Below are positions 1 through 8,581 of a DNA stretch of 64,000 bases, piece by piece. This stretch comes from Gammaproteobacteria bacterium (lineage in GTDB: Bacteria > Pseudomonadota > Gammaproteobacteria > JBCCGL01): positions 3,872,001 to 3,936,000 of the forward strand of contig OZ255836.1 of NCBI GenBank assembly GCA_965277715.1, written 5' to 3'. The notes beneath the pieces are model-generated. The model was given only the letters and a program-made list of their open reading frames with translations, was not told where the DNA came from and did no database searches. How positions within the stretch are numbered: the first letter of the stretch is position 1; each line of letters starts with the position of its first letter. The translations under genes were made by a program, and so were the position numbers.

Positions 1-856
1 GGTAATCTACACTCAAATGCTCAACGCACGCGGTGGCATAGAGTGTGACCTGACCGTGACCCGCATCGCCGAAAATGACTTTTACCTGATCACCGGCACC
101 GGCTTCGCCACCCACGATTTTCACTGGATCCGGCGCAATCTACCCGCCGATAGCGACGTGCAGATTGACGATGTGACCTCCGCCTGGGCCGTGCTGTCGC
201 TGATGGGGCCGCGTTCACGCGAGGTATTGCAATCCCTCACCCCGGTCGACCTGTCGGATGCGGCGTTTCCCTTTGCCACTTTGCAAACCCTGTTTATCAA
301 AGGCGCGGCAGTGCGTGCGCTGCGTGTCAGCTACGTAGGCGAGCTGGGCTGGGAACTGCACCTGCCGGTCGAACACGCCGCCAGCGTATACACCGCCTTG
401 TTTGCGGCAGGGCGTGCTCAGGGCATCGTCAACGCCGGGTATCGCGCCATCGAATCCCTGCGCCTGGAAAAACGCTACCGCGCCTGGGGCGCTGATATAG
501 GCCCGGATCACACACCGTTGGAAGCGGGCCTGGGCTGGGCGGTCAAACTGCACAGCGGGCAAGCCTTTATAGGGCGCGAAGCGTTGCTCAAACAACAGCA
601 ACAAGGGGTGAATAAAATGCTGGCGTGCTTTGTACTGGATAATGCGCATACCGTACTGCTGGGGCGGGAGACCCTCTACCGCAATGGCGAACGCGTCGGC
701 TGGTTGTCCAGCGCGGGCTGGGGGTATACACGCAACGCCAACCTGGGTATGGGTTATGTACGCTGTGCCGACGGTGTGGATCACGACTACCTGCGCGTCG
801 GTAACTACCAACTGGATGTGGCTGGTGAGCGGTTGGCATGTGTGTTATATGAATAA
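1..856 (+). CDS. GcvT-family (sarcosine/dimethylglycine dehydrogenase-like) protein, C-terminal part; 5' end lies outside the window
   Basis: MLNARGGIECDLTVTR, SYVGELGWELH and ESLRLEKRYRAWG motifs. The C-terminus looks slightly truncated at the junction with the AT-rich island. Confidence 0.85.
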   Translation, partial: VIYTQMLNARGGIECDLTVTRIAENDFYLITGTGFATHDFHWIRRNLPADSDVQIDDVTSAWAVLSLMGPRSREVLQSLTPVDLSDAAFPFATLQTLFIKGAAVRALRVSYVGELGWELHLPVEHAASVYTALFAAGRAQGIVNAGYRAIESLRLEKRYRAWGADIGPDHTPLEAGLGWAVKLHSGQAFIGREALLKQQQQGVNKMLACFVLDNAHTVLLGRETLYRNGERVGWLSSAGWGYTRNANLGMGYVRCADGVDHDYLRVGNYQLDVAGERLACVLYE

Positions 857-977
857 CTTCTCTATGTGCTGAACAACTATTGGTTATTGTAATACAACCA
901 ATAGTTTCATATTGTGTGTTATGAAGAAATACCACCTAAAATAAATACATAAAATGATACATATATAGGGCAGTGTT

Positions 978-1655
978 ATGCCTATCGATAAAAAAAATAC
1001 CGCGAAAGAAGCTTACAATGTCCTTGTGGCGGGTGGGCTATGCCTGATGCCCAGCGATGCGGGCTATGTGCTTTTGGGGCACTCGACACCCGCAATAAAA
1101 AAAATATATACCCTGAAAGATCGCCCCCTGACTATTCCCTGCATGGTCATGGCCAATCTGGAAATGCTTGAAGACCTCACCGAAGCGGTCGATAAAAACC
1201 TCCTACAATGGCTGAGCTTAATTACCCGCTTCACCCCGCTGACGGTTGTCTTTCCCATTCGCAAAACGTCACATATTCTGCGTAGCTTGTCCACTTGGGT
1301 TTATCATCAAGCTACTGAGAATGACACTGTTGCCGTCTTCTTAAACAGCGGTGCGGTAGTCGATGAAATGGCAAAGCTGGCATACCGCGACAGTTTTGCG
1401 CTTATCGTCTCATCAGGTAACACCTCCAACGCGGGCAATAACTTTCGCTTACAGGACATACCTAAAAAAATCCGTGACAAAGTCGACTACACAGCGGAGT
1501 CCGGCACAATGAAATACGTCAATCTGGATAAGTGTGCAACGACCATCATCAACCTGGTAAATTTCACGGTAACCAGAGAAGGCATAAACAACGAAATCAT
1601 AACCAGCGAGTACAACCGTTTTGCCGCCGAGCATGGGTTAATCAAACTAAGCTAA
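978..1655 (+). CDS. YrdC/Sua5 (TsaC-like) family protein
   Basis: GGLCLMPSDAGY, IYTLKDRP, PLTVV and SSGNTS correspond to the YrdC motifs PTDTxY, KxR and TSAN. Confidence 0.75.
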   Translation: MPIDKKNTAKEAYNVLVAGGLCLMPSDAGYVLLGHSTPAIKKIYTLKDRPLTIPCMVMANLEMLEDLTEAVDKNLLQWLSLITRFTPLTVVFPIRKTSHILRSLSTWVYHQATENDTVAVFLNSGAVVDEMAKLAYRDSFALIVSSGNTSNAGNNFRLQDIPKKIRDKVDYTAESGTMKYVNLDKCATTIINLVNFTVTREGINNEIITSEYNRFAAEHGLIKLS

Positions 1656-2219
1656 ACACCACACAAAAATATTTTTCACCCTTCACCCTTTATTAACCGA
1701 TATTATCAACTTATCAATAACTCAAAACAGAGCAGTAAATGTAAAATCAATAACTGCGTTTTCTAGGATAAAGGATGATCGGTCTTGAGTTTGTTTACAC
1801 TTCGAATGGCGGCGCTAATTACCTTAATTCTGGTGTGTGGTTGAAGTACTCTCTTGTGAAGTAGCTATCGCTAAACAAAAATGAGTATACAACGCGAAAC
1901 TTAAAATTGACCATATGGTAGTTATGATATGGCTGCACTTCATTTTTTATCACTCTGTTAACACGTGTCTACTGATAGATAATCCTTTTGACTCAGAAAT
2001 GAGTAAATCATTGGGTTTTACCTTTTTTAAGAGGTTTGTACAATAATTTTTTATCTTTGCTAATTTTTTACATTAAGTGTGCGTTATTTTTACAATAAAT
2101 ATATTTTTTCTATGCGTAGGGTAGGCAGCGTCAGATAAATAAATTTATCAACAAAACTTAGGAGTATTTATTTTTATTTATTGGCATTTTTTGCGGTTTG
2201 AAGTGCTCGGAGATCTTTT

Positions 2220-4517
2220 GTGAAAGAAATGCGCCCAGAGGTAGAAAAACAAATTGATGGTCTTGAAGACCTGTGGATGCATACGCACGGTGATAATTTA
2301 GTGCGCGTTGCTGTGCTGGATGGCCCTGTGGATTTAAAGCATACCAGTTTTAAGCGATCAAATCTTATTGCTTTAGATCGGTTTAAACAACCCGGAAAAA
2401 TCCATTCATTTCACGGCACTTTTGTTACTAGTCTGATTTTCGCCCAGCACGGTGATCATTTAAAAGGCGTCGCCCCTGGTTGTACAGGCTTGTTAACCAC
2501 AATTTACGGCGAGAAGCCCAACGGCGAGCTGACGGCTTGTACGCAGGAAGATATCGCCGAGGGTATATTGCTGGCATTGTCTAATAACGCACATATTATA
2601 AATATCAGTGGCGGAGAAATCAGTACTGACGACACTGACTTAAAACCCGTTTTACAACATGCACTGGAAAACTGTGAAAGCCAAGGTGTGTTGGTTGTCG
2701 CTGCAGCCGGCAATAATGGTAGTGATGTGATGCATGTGCCCGCACGTTACCCCAACGTTTTGGCTGTAGGGTCATTTCGAGTGGGTGGTGCCCCTTTGTC
2801 GTTCAGTAATTGGTCCGCAGACAAAGCACACGGTATTGCCATACCAGGTGAGTATTTTTACGGTGCGATGCCGACAAGCCGCGATAAGGGAATAACGATG
2901 CTATCCGGTACAAGCTTTTCGACGGCTGTGATGAGTGGTATTGCTGCGTTGCTGGCATCGTTACAGACCTCGAATGGTGAGCCCGTCGATATGCTGATGA
3001 TTCGGCGTGCTTTACTTGATACGGCTGTTCCCTGCCATGCCGATGACGGCGTTGATTGTCGGCGTTTATTGGCGGGAAAGCTCGATTTAAAAGCGGCAAT
3101 GGGCCGTGTACTACACGGACAAAAGCCTCTCAGTATATCCAAGGCTAATCCATTGCATCACGTTCAGTGTGCCGCTTCCAATTTTTTTCCATCCACCCAA
3201 GAGGACTATACAATGATAAGTTCAGAAGATGTACCCGCAGTCAACACCGTGGCGCCAGCCACTGTGGCTGAAGTAGCTGTCGATAATCACAGTGACGTTG
3301 GCAGTGCTGTTAATTCAGCCGGTTTGTCGGCCGCTGAAACCGGTGTGGTTTCAGAAGTACCTGCCTTAAATGTGGCACCGCAGCCAGTGTGTGCCTGTGC
3401 ACCCACGGCGAATGTTGTGGCGTCCAGTCGTCTAAGTAATATACCTTTCCCCACACCAAACGAGGGGGAACAAGCATTGTTCAGTAATTGTCAGTTGGTT
3501 TTTTCCATCGGTGAACTATCGTACAACTTTGGCAATGAATCGAATAGTGACACATTTAAAGCCAGTATTCGCAGCTGGTATAAACATCTAGATCCAAAAT
3601 TGAAAGGTCTGCTCAGCGACTCGCCATACAGCCACCAGACAATGGCCGCCTTTTTATTATGGAATAACGGTGAGTATGGCATGATGGCTTCGCGATTAAT
3701 TTGGACACTGACAATCGATGCAGCGCCGCTTTATAGTTTTAATATCGACAATAACCCTTTTTCCAGTGAGTTTTATAGATTATTGCCACTGTATCTTGCT
3801 TACTCTTTAGGCTTTACTTCAGTGGATGTTAAGTGGATCGAAAGTCTAGGTTCGAAGAAGCCGTTAGAACCTACTAATGTTTCAGACCCACTGGGTCGTG
3901 ATGATATGTTGGCACGCATTTCTATGGGGGGCTGGGTGTGCGGTAACTCTACATTATCTAACCATCAGGTTATTTATTCGGTGAGAGCCACCGCAGATAT
4001 GTTTAATCTGTGGACGATAGATGATCTTTGTACCGGGAAAAATGCAAATAAACATCCGCACTCATCGAAGAGCGAAAAAAGTGCAAATAAACATCCGCAC
4101 TCATCGAAGAGTGAAAAGAGTGCAAATGAACATCCGCACTCATCGAAGAGTGAAAAGAGTGCAAATGAACATCTGCACCAATTGTTGCGTCGACTTTATC
4201 TAGCGACACGTAATAGCGGTTTGACGGCTGACGAACGTGCGCTTAATTACGCAGTGTATAACATCGTTTTTCTAGAAGAAATTCTTAACGAACAACAATC
4301 ACAAAATGGGCAGTTTTATTCGCACACAATAACACCCTCTTCATTCCTACGCCGTAACTCACTGATGCGCGATGTACGTATGACCTTCTTTAACCCTAGC
4401 GATACGAATCAGGCGGCGACTACCTACAGCATGACCATCGACCTGACGGATACTATGCCAGTCTTCGTTGGCAATATCGAAAAGTTCAGCAATCCGGTCA
4501 GTGTCGTTACCCCTTGA
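2220..4517 (+). CDS. PatA/PatG-family cyanobactin maturation protease (S8 subtilisin domain plus PatG-type C-terminal DUF)
   Basis: Catalytic triad motifs VAVLDGPVD, HGTFV and SGTSFS, plus AAGNNG. C-terminal DUF motifs LVFSIGELSYNFG, RNSGLTADERALNY and FFNP...TIDLTDTMPV. No PatG macrocyclase insertion is visible. Confidence 0.9.
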   Translation: MKEMRPEVEKQIDGLEDLWMHTHGDNLVRVAVLDGPVDLKHTSFKRSNLIALDRFKQPGKIHSFHGTFVTSLIFAQHGDHLKGVAPGCTGLLTTIYGEKPNGELTACTQEDIAEGILLALSNNAHIINISGGEISTDDTDLKPVLQHALENCESQGVLVVAAAGNNGSDVMHVPARYPNVLAVGSFRVGGAPLSFSNWSADKAHGIAIPGEYFYGAMPTSRDKGITMLSGTSFSTAVMSGIAALLASLQTSNGEPVDMLMIRRALLDTAVPCHADDGVDCRRLLAGKLDLKAAMGRVLHGQKPLSISKANPLHHVQCAASNFFPSTQEDYTMISSEDVPAVNTVAPATVAEVAVDNHSDVGSAVNSAGLSAAETGVVSEVPALNVAPQPVCACAPTANVVASSRLSNIPFPTPNEGEQALFSNCQLVFSIGELSYNFGNESNSDTFKASIRSWYKHLDPKLKGLLSDSPYSHQTMAAFLLWNNGEYGMMASRLIWTLTIDAAPLYSFNIDNNPFSSEFYRLLPLYLAYSLGFTSVDVKWIESLGSKKPLEPTNVSDPLGRDDMLARISMGGWVCGNSTLSNHQVIYSVRATADMFNLWTIDDLCTGKNANKHPHSSKSEKSANKHPHSSKSEKSANEHPHSSKSEKSANEHLHQLLRRLYLATRNSGLTADERALNYAVYNIVFLEEILNEQQSQNGQFYSHTITPSSFLRRNSLMRDVRMTFFNPSDTNQAATTYSMTIDLTDTMPVFVGNIEKFSNPVSVVTP
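4043..4178 (+). repeat. 39-bp in-frame tandem repeat, about 3.5 copies (ANKHPHSSKSEKS)
   Basis: tgcaaat(a/g)aacatccgcactcatcgaagag(c/t)gaaaa(a/g)ag starts at 4043, 4082 and 4121, with a partial copy at 4160. Confidence 0.95.
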
Positions 4518-4626
4518 GTTTGTGCAATCACCCATTTGGGTGATAAGCAAACGGCCGTACCAGGGGTCGTGAGTGGAAATTTGGTTCCATCTGGTTTTAT
4601 ATTAATCTTATTTGAGGAATACTCTT

Positions 4627-4821
4627 ATGAAAACATTGATTCACGAAGTATCTAAAACCCATTCACACATGAAAGTACGTAAACCGATGCAACTTGCGGC
4701 CGTCGAGCGCACACCTTATGAGGCAAATGCCGTTACCGTTGGTGCGAATGCCTCTTTCGGTTGGGGTGAATTAGGGCGCATTGGTCTAGGTGCACTGGCA
4801 GGTGGCTTAGCTGCGTTGTAA
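4627..4821 (+). CDS. Putative cyanobactin-like precursor peptide (64 aa)
   Basis: GAGG RBS at 4614. Leader motif KPMQLAAVERT, then GANAS, then FGWGELGRIGLGALAGGLAAL-stop. Lies directly downstream of the PatA-like protease. Confidence 0.7.
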   Translation: MKTLIHEVSKTHSHMKVRKPMQLAAVERTPYEANAVTVGANASFGWGELGRIGLGALAGGLAAL

Positions 4822-5146
4822 TCGCGTCAGGTAGTGTGGGTGTCGTATGCTAATACGGCACCCACTGCCTTACCATAGAACCACTATGACGTGCCAGTGC
4901 GCCTTGTTCAGCGTCAACAGTACACCGTCTACCTTGTATTGGCGGGTTAATATATGGGATCTAGGCGCCTTATACCAACCTCCAGCAAACGCTGCGATGA
5001 CGACAACAAAGCCTTACCTGTCGCTTTCTGGTATATCGGTATTTTTAGCCTTGCAATAGGCTTGCTGATCGGTGGGAGGCTGTGAAATATCCGCTTTTCC
5101 CGATTCTGATTCCGATCTCCTCTCCACTGATTAGGGGTGCATAACC

Positions 5147-6064
5147 ATGGCGACCGATAGCGATCAAAAACAGCAGATTATCCATTTTTTACGCGGCTTT
5201 ACCGCCGAGACGACTCCCGGTTCAGCGCTCAAGGTCGCCGATTTTCGGGCGCATCTGCAAGCGGGTACAGTGGTCTATATCACGTTCCTGCCCGGTTCTG
5301 ACTTTGCCGATACGATTGCCGTTGCCCGTCGCCTGAAAGACGAAGGGTTTAAGCCGGTGCCGCATTTTGCTGCGCGCAGTATTCCCAACCGGCAATTTCT
5401 TGAAGACAACCTGAAAAGACTGGTCGAAGAAGTGGGTATAGACCAGGTACTGGCGATTGCCGGTGCGGTGGATAAGCCCGTGGGCGAGTACAGCGACTCG
5501 ACACAATTGCTCGACACCGGCTTATTCGATAAATACGGCATCAAAAAAATCGGCCTTGCAGGTCACCCGGAAGGCAGCCCGGATATGTCAGACGAGGCGA
5601 TCATGGCCGCGTTAAAATGGAAAAACAGCTTCGCTGAAAAAACCGATGCCGCGATGTACCTGGTCACACAATTCTGCTTTGAAGCCGCGCCCATTATCGC
5701 CTGGGATAAAATGTTACAGGCCGAGGGCAACAAACTGCCCATCTATATCGGCTTGCCGGGGCTGGCGACACTAAAATCACTGCTCGCCCACGCCAGGGCC
5801 TGCGGTGTGGGTGCCTCAATGAAAATACTGACCAAACAGGCAAAAAACATTACCAAGCTATTGGTGGTGCAGGCCCCGGATAAGCAACTTATCGACCTCG
5901 CCGCCTACCACGCTAACGATCCGGCCTGCGGTATTGCCGGTGTGCATATGTACCCGCTGGGTGGTTTGCGGCGCAGCGCACAGTGGAGTTATGCGGTGAC
6001 CGATGGCCAGTTTACAATAAACGCCAAAGGGAATGGGTTTACACTCAATGTAGCGATTGACTGA
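5147..6064 (+). CDS. metF: Methylenetetrahydrofolate reductase family protein
   Basis: VYITFLPG, PVPHFAAR, AGHPEG and VTQFCF motifs. Confidence 0.8.
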   Translation: MATDSDQKQQIIHFLRGFTAETTPGSALKVADFRAHLQAGTVVYITFLPGSDFADTIAVARRLKDEGFKPVPHFAARSIPNRQFLEDNLKRLVEEVGIDQVLAIAGAVDKPVGEYSDSTQLLDTGLFDKYGIKKIGLAGHPEGSPDMSDEAIMAALKWKNSFAEKTDAAMYLVTQFCFEAAPIIAWDKMLQAEGNKLPIYIGLPGLATLKSLLAHARACGVGASMKILTKQAKNITKLLVVQAPDKQLIDLAAYHANDPACGIAGVHMYPLGGLRRSAQWSYAVTDGQFTINAKGNGFTLNVAID

Positions 6065-6148
6065 GGTATCACCAACGGTTCACCTCGGCTTTTCTGATGC
6101 GTGACCTGGCTAAACTCATTACTTCCATGCCCATTGACTGATAACCAC

Positions 6149-7633
6149 ATGAACGATGATCAACAATGCCTGCAATTTATTCTGTGCGGTGCCCAGGGGC
6201 ACGGTAAATCGACACTGTTGAGCAGCCTGGCAGATCATTGTCAGGTCATCGATGCACCACCTGCTTTTTTATCCGATACGCTTTCAACCGACTACTGCTG
6301 TTTTACCAGTGATAAACGTGCGTTTATCGGCGTCGATATACCGGGGGCGCAGCTACACACGCTGGCAACTGCCGCCTTGTCTGCCCAGCTTGCCATTGTC
6401 GTTGTCGATGCCCATGACGGTATACAGGCTCAATCGCGGCTGCACACCTATACAGCGGCGTTGCTGGGTGTGCGCCAGTGGTTGTTAGTGGTCAACGGCA
6501 TGGACCGTGTGGAATTTGATCTGAATATAGTTGACACCATTGCCGCAGACTACCGTGCCTTTGCGCAGCGCGTGGGGATTGACACTGTAGAGGTAATCCC
6601 GGTTTCAGCCTTGACGGGGGCGCACATTGTGCAGCGTGACGGTGCCGTCAGTGATTACACCGGCCCGGCACTGCTGACCTGGCTGGAAAATACTGCCGTG
6701 AACACTGATACCCCGGTGCCTGCTGATAACCCAGGCGATGAAGCCGATCAGTTTGCCGCCCATATCGTCTGGACAGATAAACAACCCCTGTTACCAGAGC
6801 GACCCTATGCAGCGCAGTTCGGTAGGTTAACAACCACGGCGCAAATCACCGATCTGGTGCACCGCGTCGACGTTGAGACACGCGGTAAATCGGCGATAAA
6901 GACTCTGGGTGAAAACCAGATAGGTTATTGCAAATTAGCGCTCGACAGGGCTGTTGCGTTCGATACGGACAATGCGTTTACCCTCAGCGACAAATACACC
7001 CATGCTACCTTGGGCGTCGGCGTTATCGACTTCGCCCTGCGCCGTGCCAGCAATATCGAGTGGCACGACATGAAAGTCGATAAGGCAGCGCGGGCGCGGG
7101 CCAACCGGCAAACGCCCTGTGTGCTGTGGTTTACCGGCCTTTCCGGTTCGGGAAAATCCACCATCGCCGACCGTTTGGAGCAACAGCTCCACGCACTGGG
7201 TAAACGTACTTACCTGATGGACGGCGACAACGTGCGCCATGGGTTGAACAAAGACCTGGGCTTTACCGACCAGGATCGGGTGGAAAATATCCGCCGCATC
7301 GCCGAAGTCGCCAAGCTCATGGTCGACGCCGGGCTGATCGTATTGACCTCGTTTATTTCTCCGTTTCGGGCGGAGCGGCAAATGGCGCGTGATTTGATGG
7401 GGGAGGGTGAGTTTATTGAAGTGTTTGTCGATACACCGTTGGCGGTGTGCGAACAGCGTGACCCCAAGGGCCTGTATAAAAAAGCGCGCAGTGGTGCCCT
7501 GAAAAACTTTACCGGTATCGATTCGGATTACCAGGCACCGGACAATGCAGAGATCGTCTTGAAAAGTGGCGAGGTCGATGCGGAGGTGTTGGCGGGGCAA
7601 GTTGTGGCGTATTTGCAGTTGGGTGAGCCGTAG
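6149..7633 (+). CDS. cysC: CysN/CysC fusion: degenerate CysN-like GTPase domain plus APS kinase
   Basis: The C-terminal APS kinase is intact ([28 protein letters not shown]). The N-terminal G motifs are altered ([17 protein letters not shown]). Confidence 0.85.
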   Translation: MNDDQQCLQFILCGAQGHGKSTLLSSLADHCQVIDAPPAFLSDTLSTDYCCFTSDKRAFIGVDIPGAQLHTLATAALSAQLAIVVVDAHDGIQAQSRLHTYTAALLGVRQWLLVVNGMDRVEFDLNIVDTIAADYRAFAQRVGIDTVEVIPVSALTGAHIVQRDGAVSDYTGPALLTWLENTAVNTDTPVPADNPGDEADQFAAHIVWTDKQPLLPERPYAAQFGRLTTTAQITDLVHRVDVETRGKSAIKTLGENQIGYCKLALDRAVAFDTDNAFTLSDKYTHATLGVGVIDFALRRASNIEWHDMKVDKAARARANRQTPCVLWFTGLSGSGKSTIADRLEQQLHALGKRTYLMDGDNVRHGLNKDLGFTDQDRVENIRRIAEVAKLMVDAGLIVLTSFISPFRAERQMARDLMGEGEFIEVFVDTPLAVCEQRDPKGLYKKARSGALKNFTGIDSDYQAPDNAEIVLKSGEVDAEVLAGQVVAYLQLGEP

Positions 7634-7949
7634 ATGTCTATATCTGTGCAAAACAATACACAACCTTTATTACAAGATCCTGGCTTTAATCACCACCAGC
7701 CAGAAAGCGACTTATGCTGTGCCTAGAATAAAGGGGGTAAAAAATTGACCTATAATAGTGCCGCCATTATAGTAGCTCTATTGATTGAAGTAGTAGAATT
7801 AGAATTAGTATAAAACCAAATGTCGAGCGCGTTTCCTCAAAGTTTAATCTGCCTGTTAATGTAGTCAATTGGCTTGCCGAAACAGTGCCAACAGGCAAAC
7901 GCTTGCCCTTTTTGGGGTTATCGCCGCCAGGGGTGGGGTGCGCGTCATT

Positions 7950-8152
7950 TGAGTCACATACTTACGTGGTTCACCTATCGGATAAGTAGTGCCGTACCAC
8001 AAGGATGGAATTCAAAAATACAGACAGTGAAATCCAACGCACGGGGGTTTCGTTCATTTGAGCGCTATCGTCGGCGTATTCTATTTTATCGTGGAAAACC
8101 GGATGTGACTCCAAATTGACTGAACTGGGCCTCACAATAACTTACCAAGAGC
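7950..8152 (+). mobile_element. ISL3-family transposase 3' remnant and right end
   Basis: NSKIQTVKSNARGFRSF...ILFY is similar to the fragment at 36520-36858. Ends in ...aagagcc. Confidence 0.75.
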
Positions 8153-8287
8153 CTGTTTATAATGGCGGTTTTATAGCATACATTTTTGATAATTGACTAA
8201 ACCCCGGATACCTTTATATATGTGTAGCATTGCTTTTCTCTCCAATAGCGAAATAAACCCAACATGTGATTATTTCAGGACAGAGCC

Positions 8288-8495
8288 GAATGGCACTTCC
8301 TTAAGGCGTAAGCAACTGATAGTAAAGAGTTTATTTATTCTTTCTAAGAAAAAAAATGATATTTTGAAAGTTGCCGCCAATGATAACCGGGATAGTTTTA
8401 CAAATATTGCTTTCAAGAACCATATGCCAAGTTATCTGAACCAAGCACGTAATACCAATACTTTCAAATACTTACAGCTTAAGGAAGTGCCATTC
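8288..8495. mobile_element. 208-bp MITE, probably IS4-family derived
   Basis: Perfect 18-bp terminal IR GAATGGCACTTCCTTAAG (8288-8305 and 8478-8495). 11-bp direct repeat AGGACAGAGCC (8277-8287 and 8496-8506). Confidence 0.9.
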
Positions 8496-8581
8496 AGGAC
8501 AGAGCCCTTTATTGTTAGCGTCGTCGCAGCATTTTTTGCTACAGCGAATGAATGCTATATTACTGTCGTAGGTGCTTTGTA

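Noticed and set aside
4043-4178. 39-bp repeats as a CRISPR array
   Set aside because: There are no spacers, and the repeat is in frame inside a CDS.
2220-4517. Protease as a PatG macrocyclase making a cyclic product
   Set aside because: No capping insertion is visible between the catalytic Asp and His, and the precursor lacks a follower sequence.
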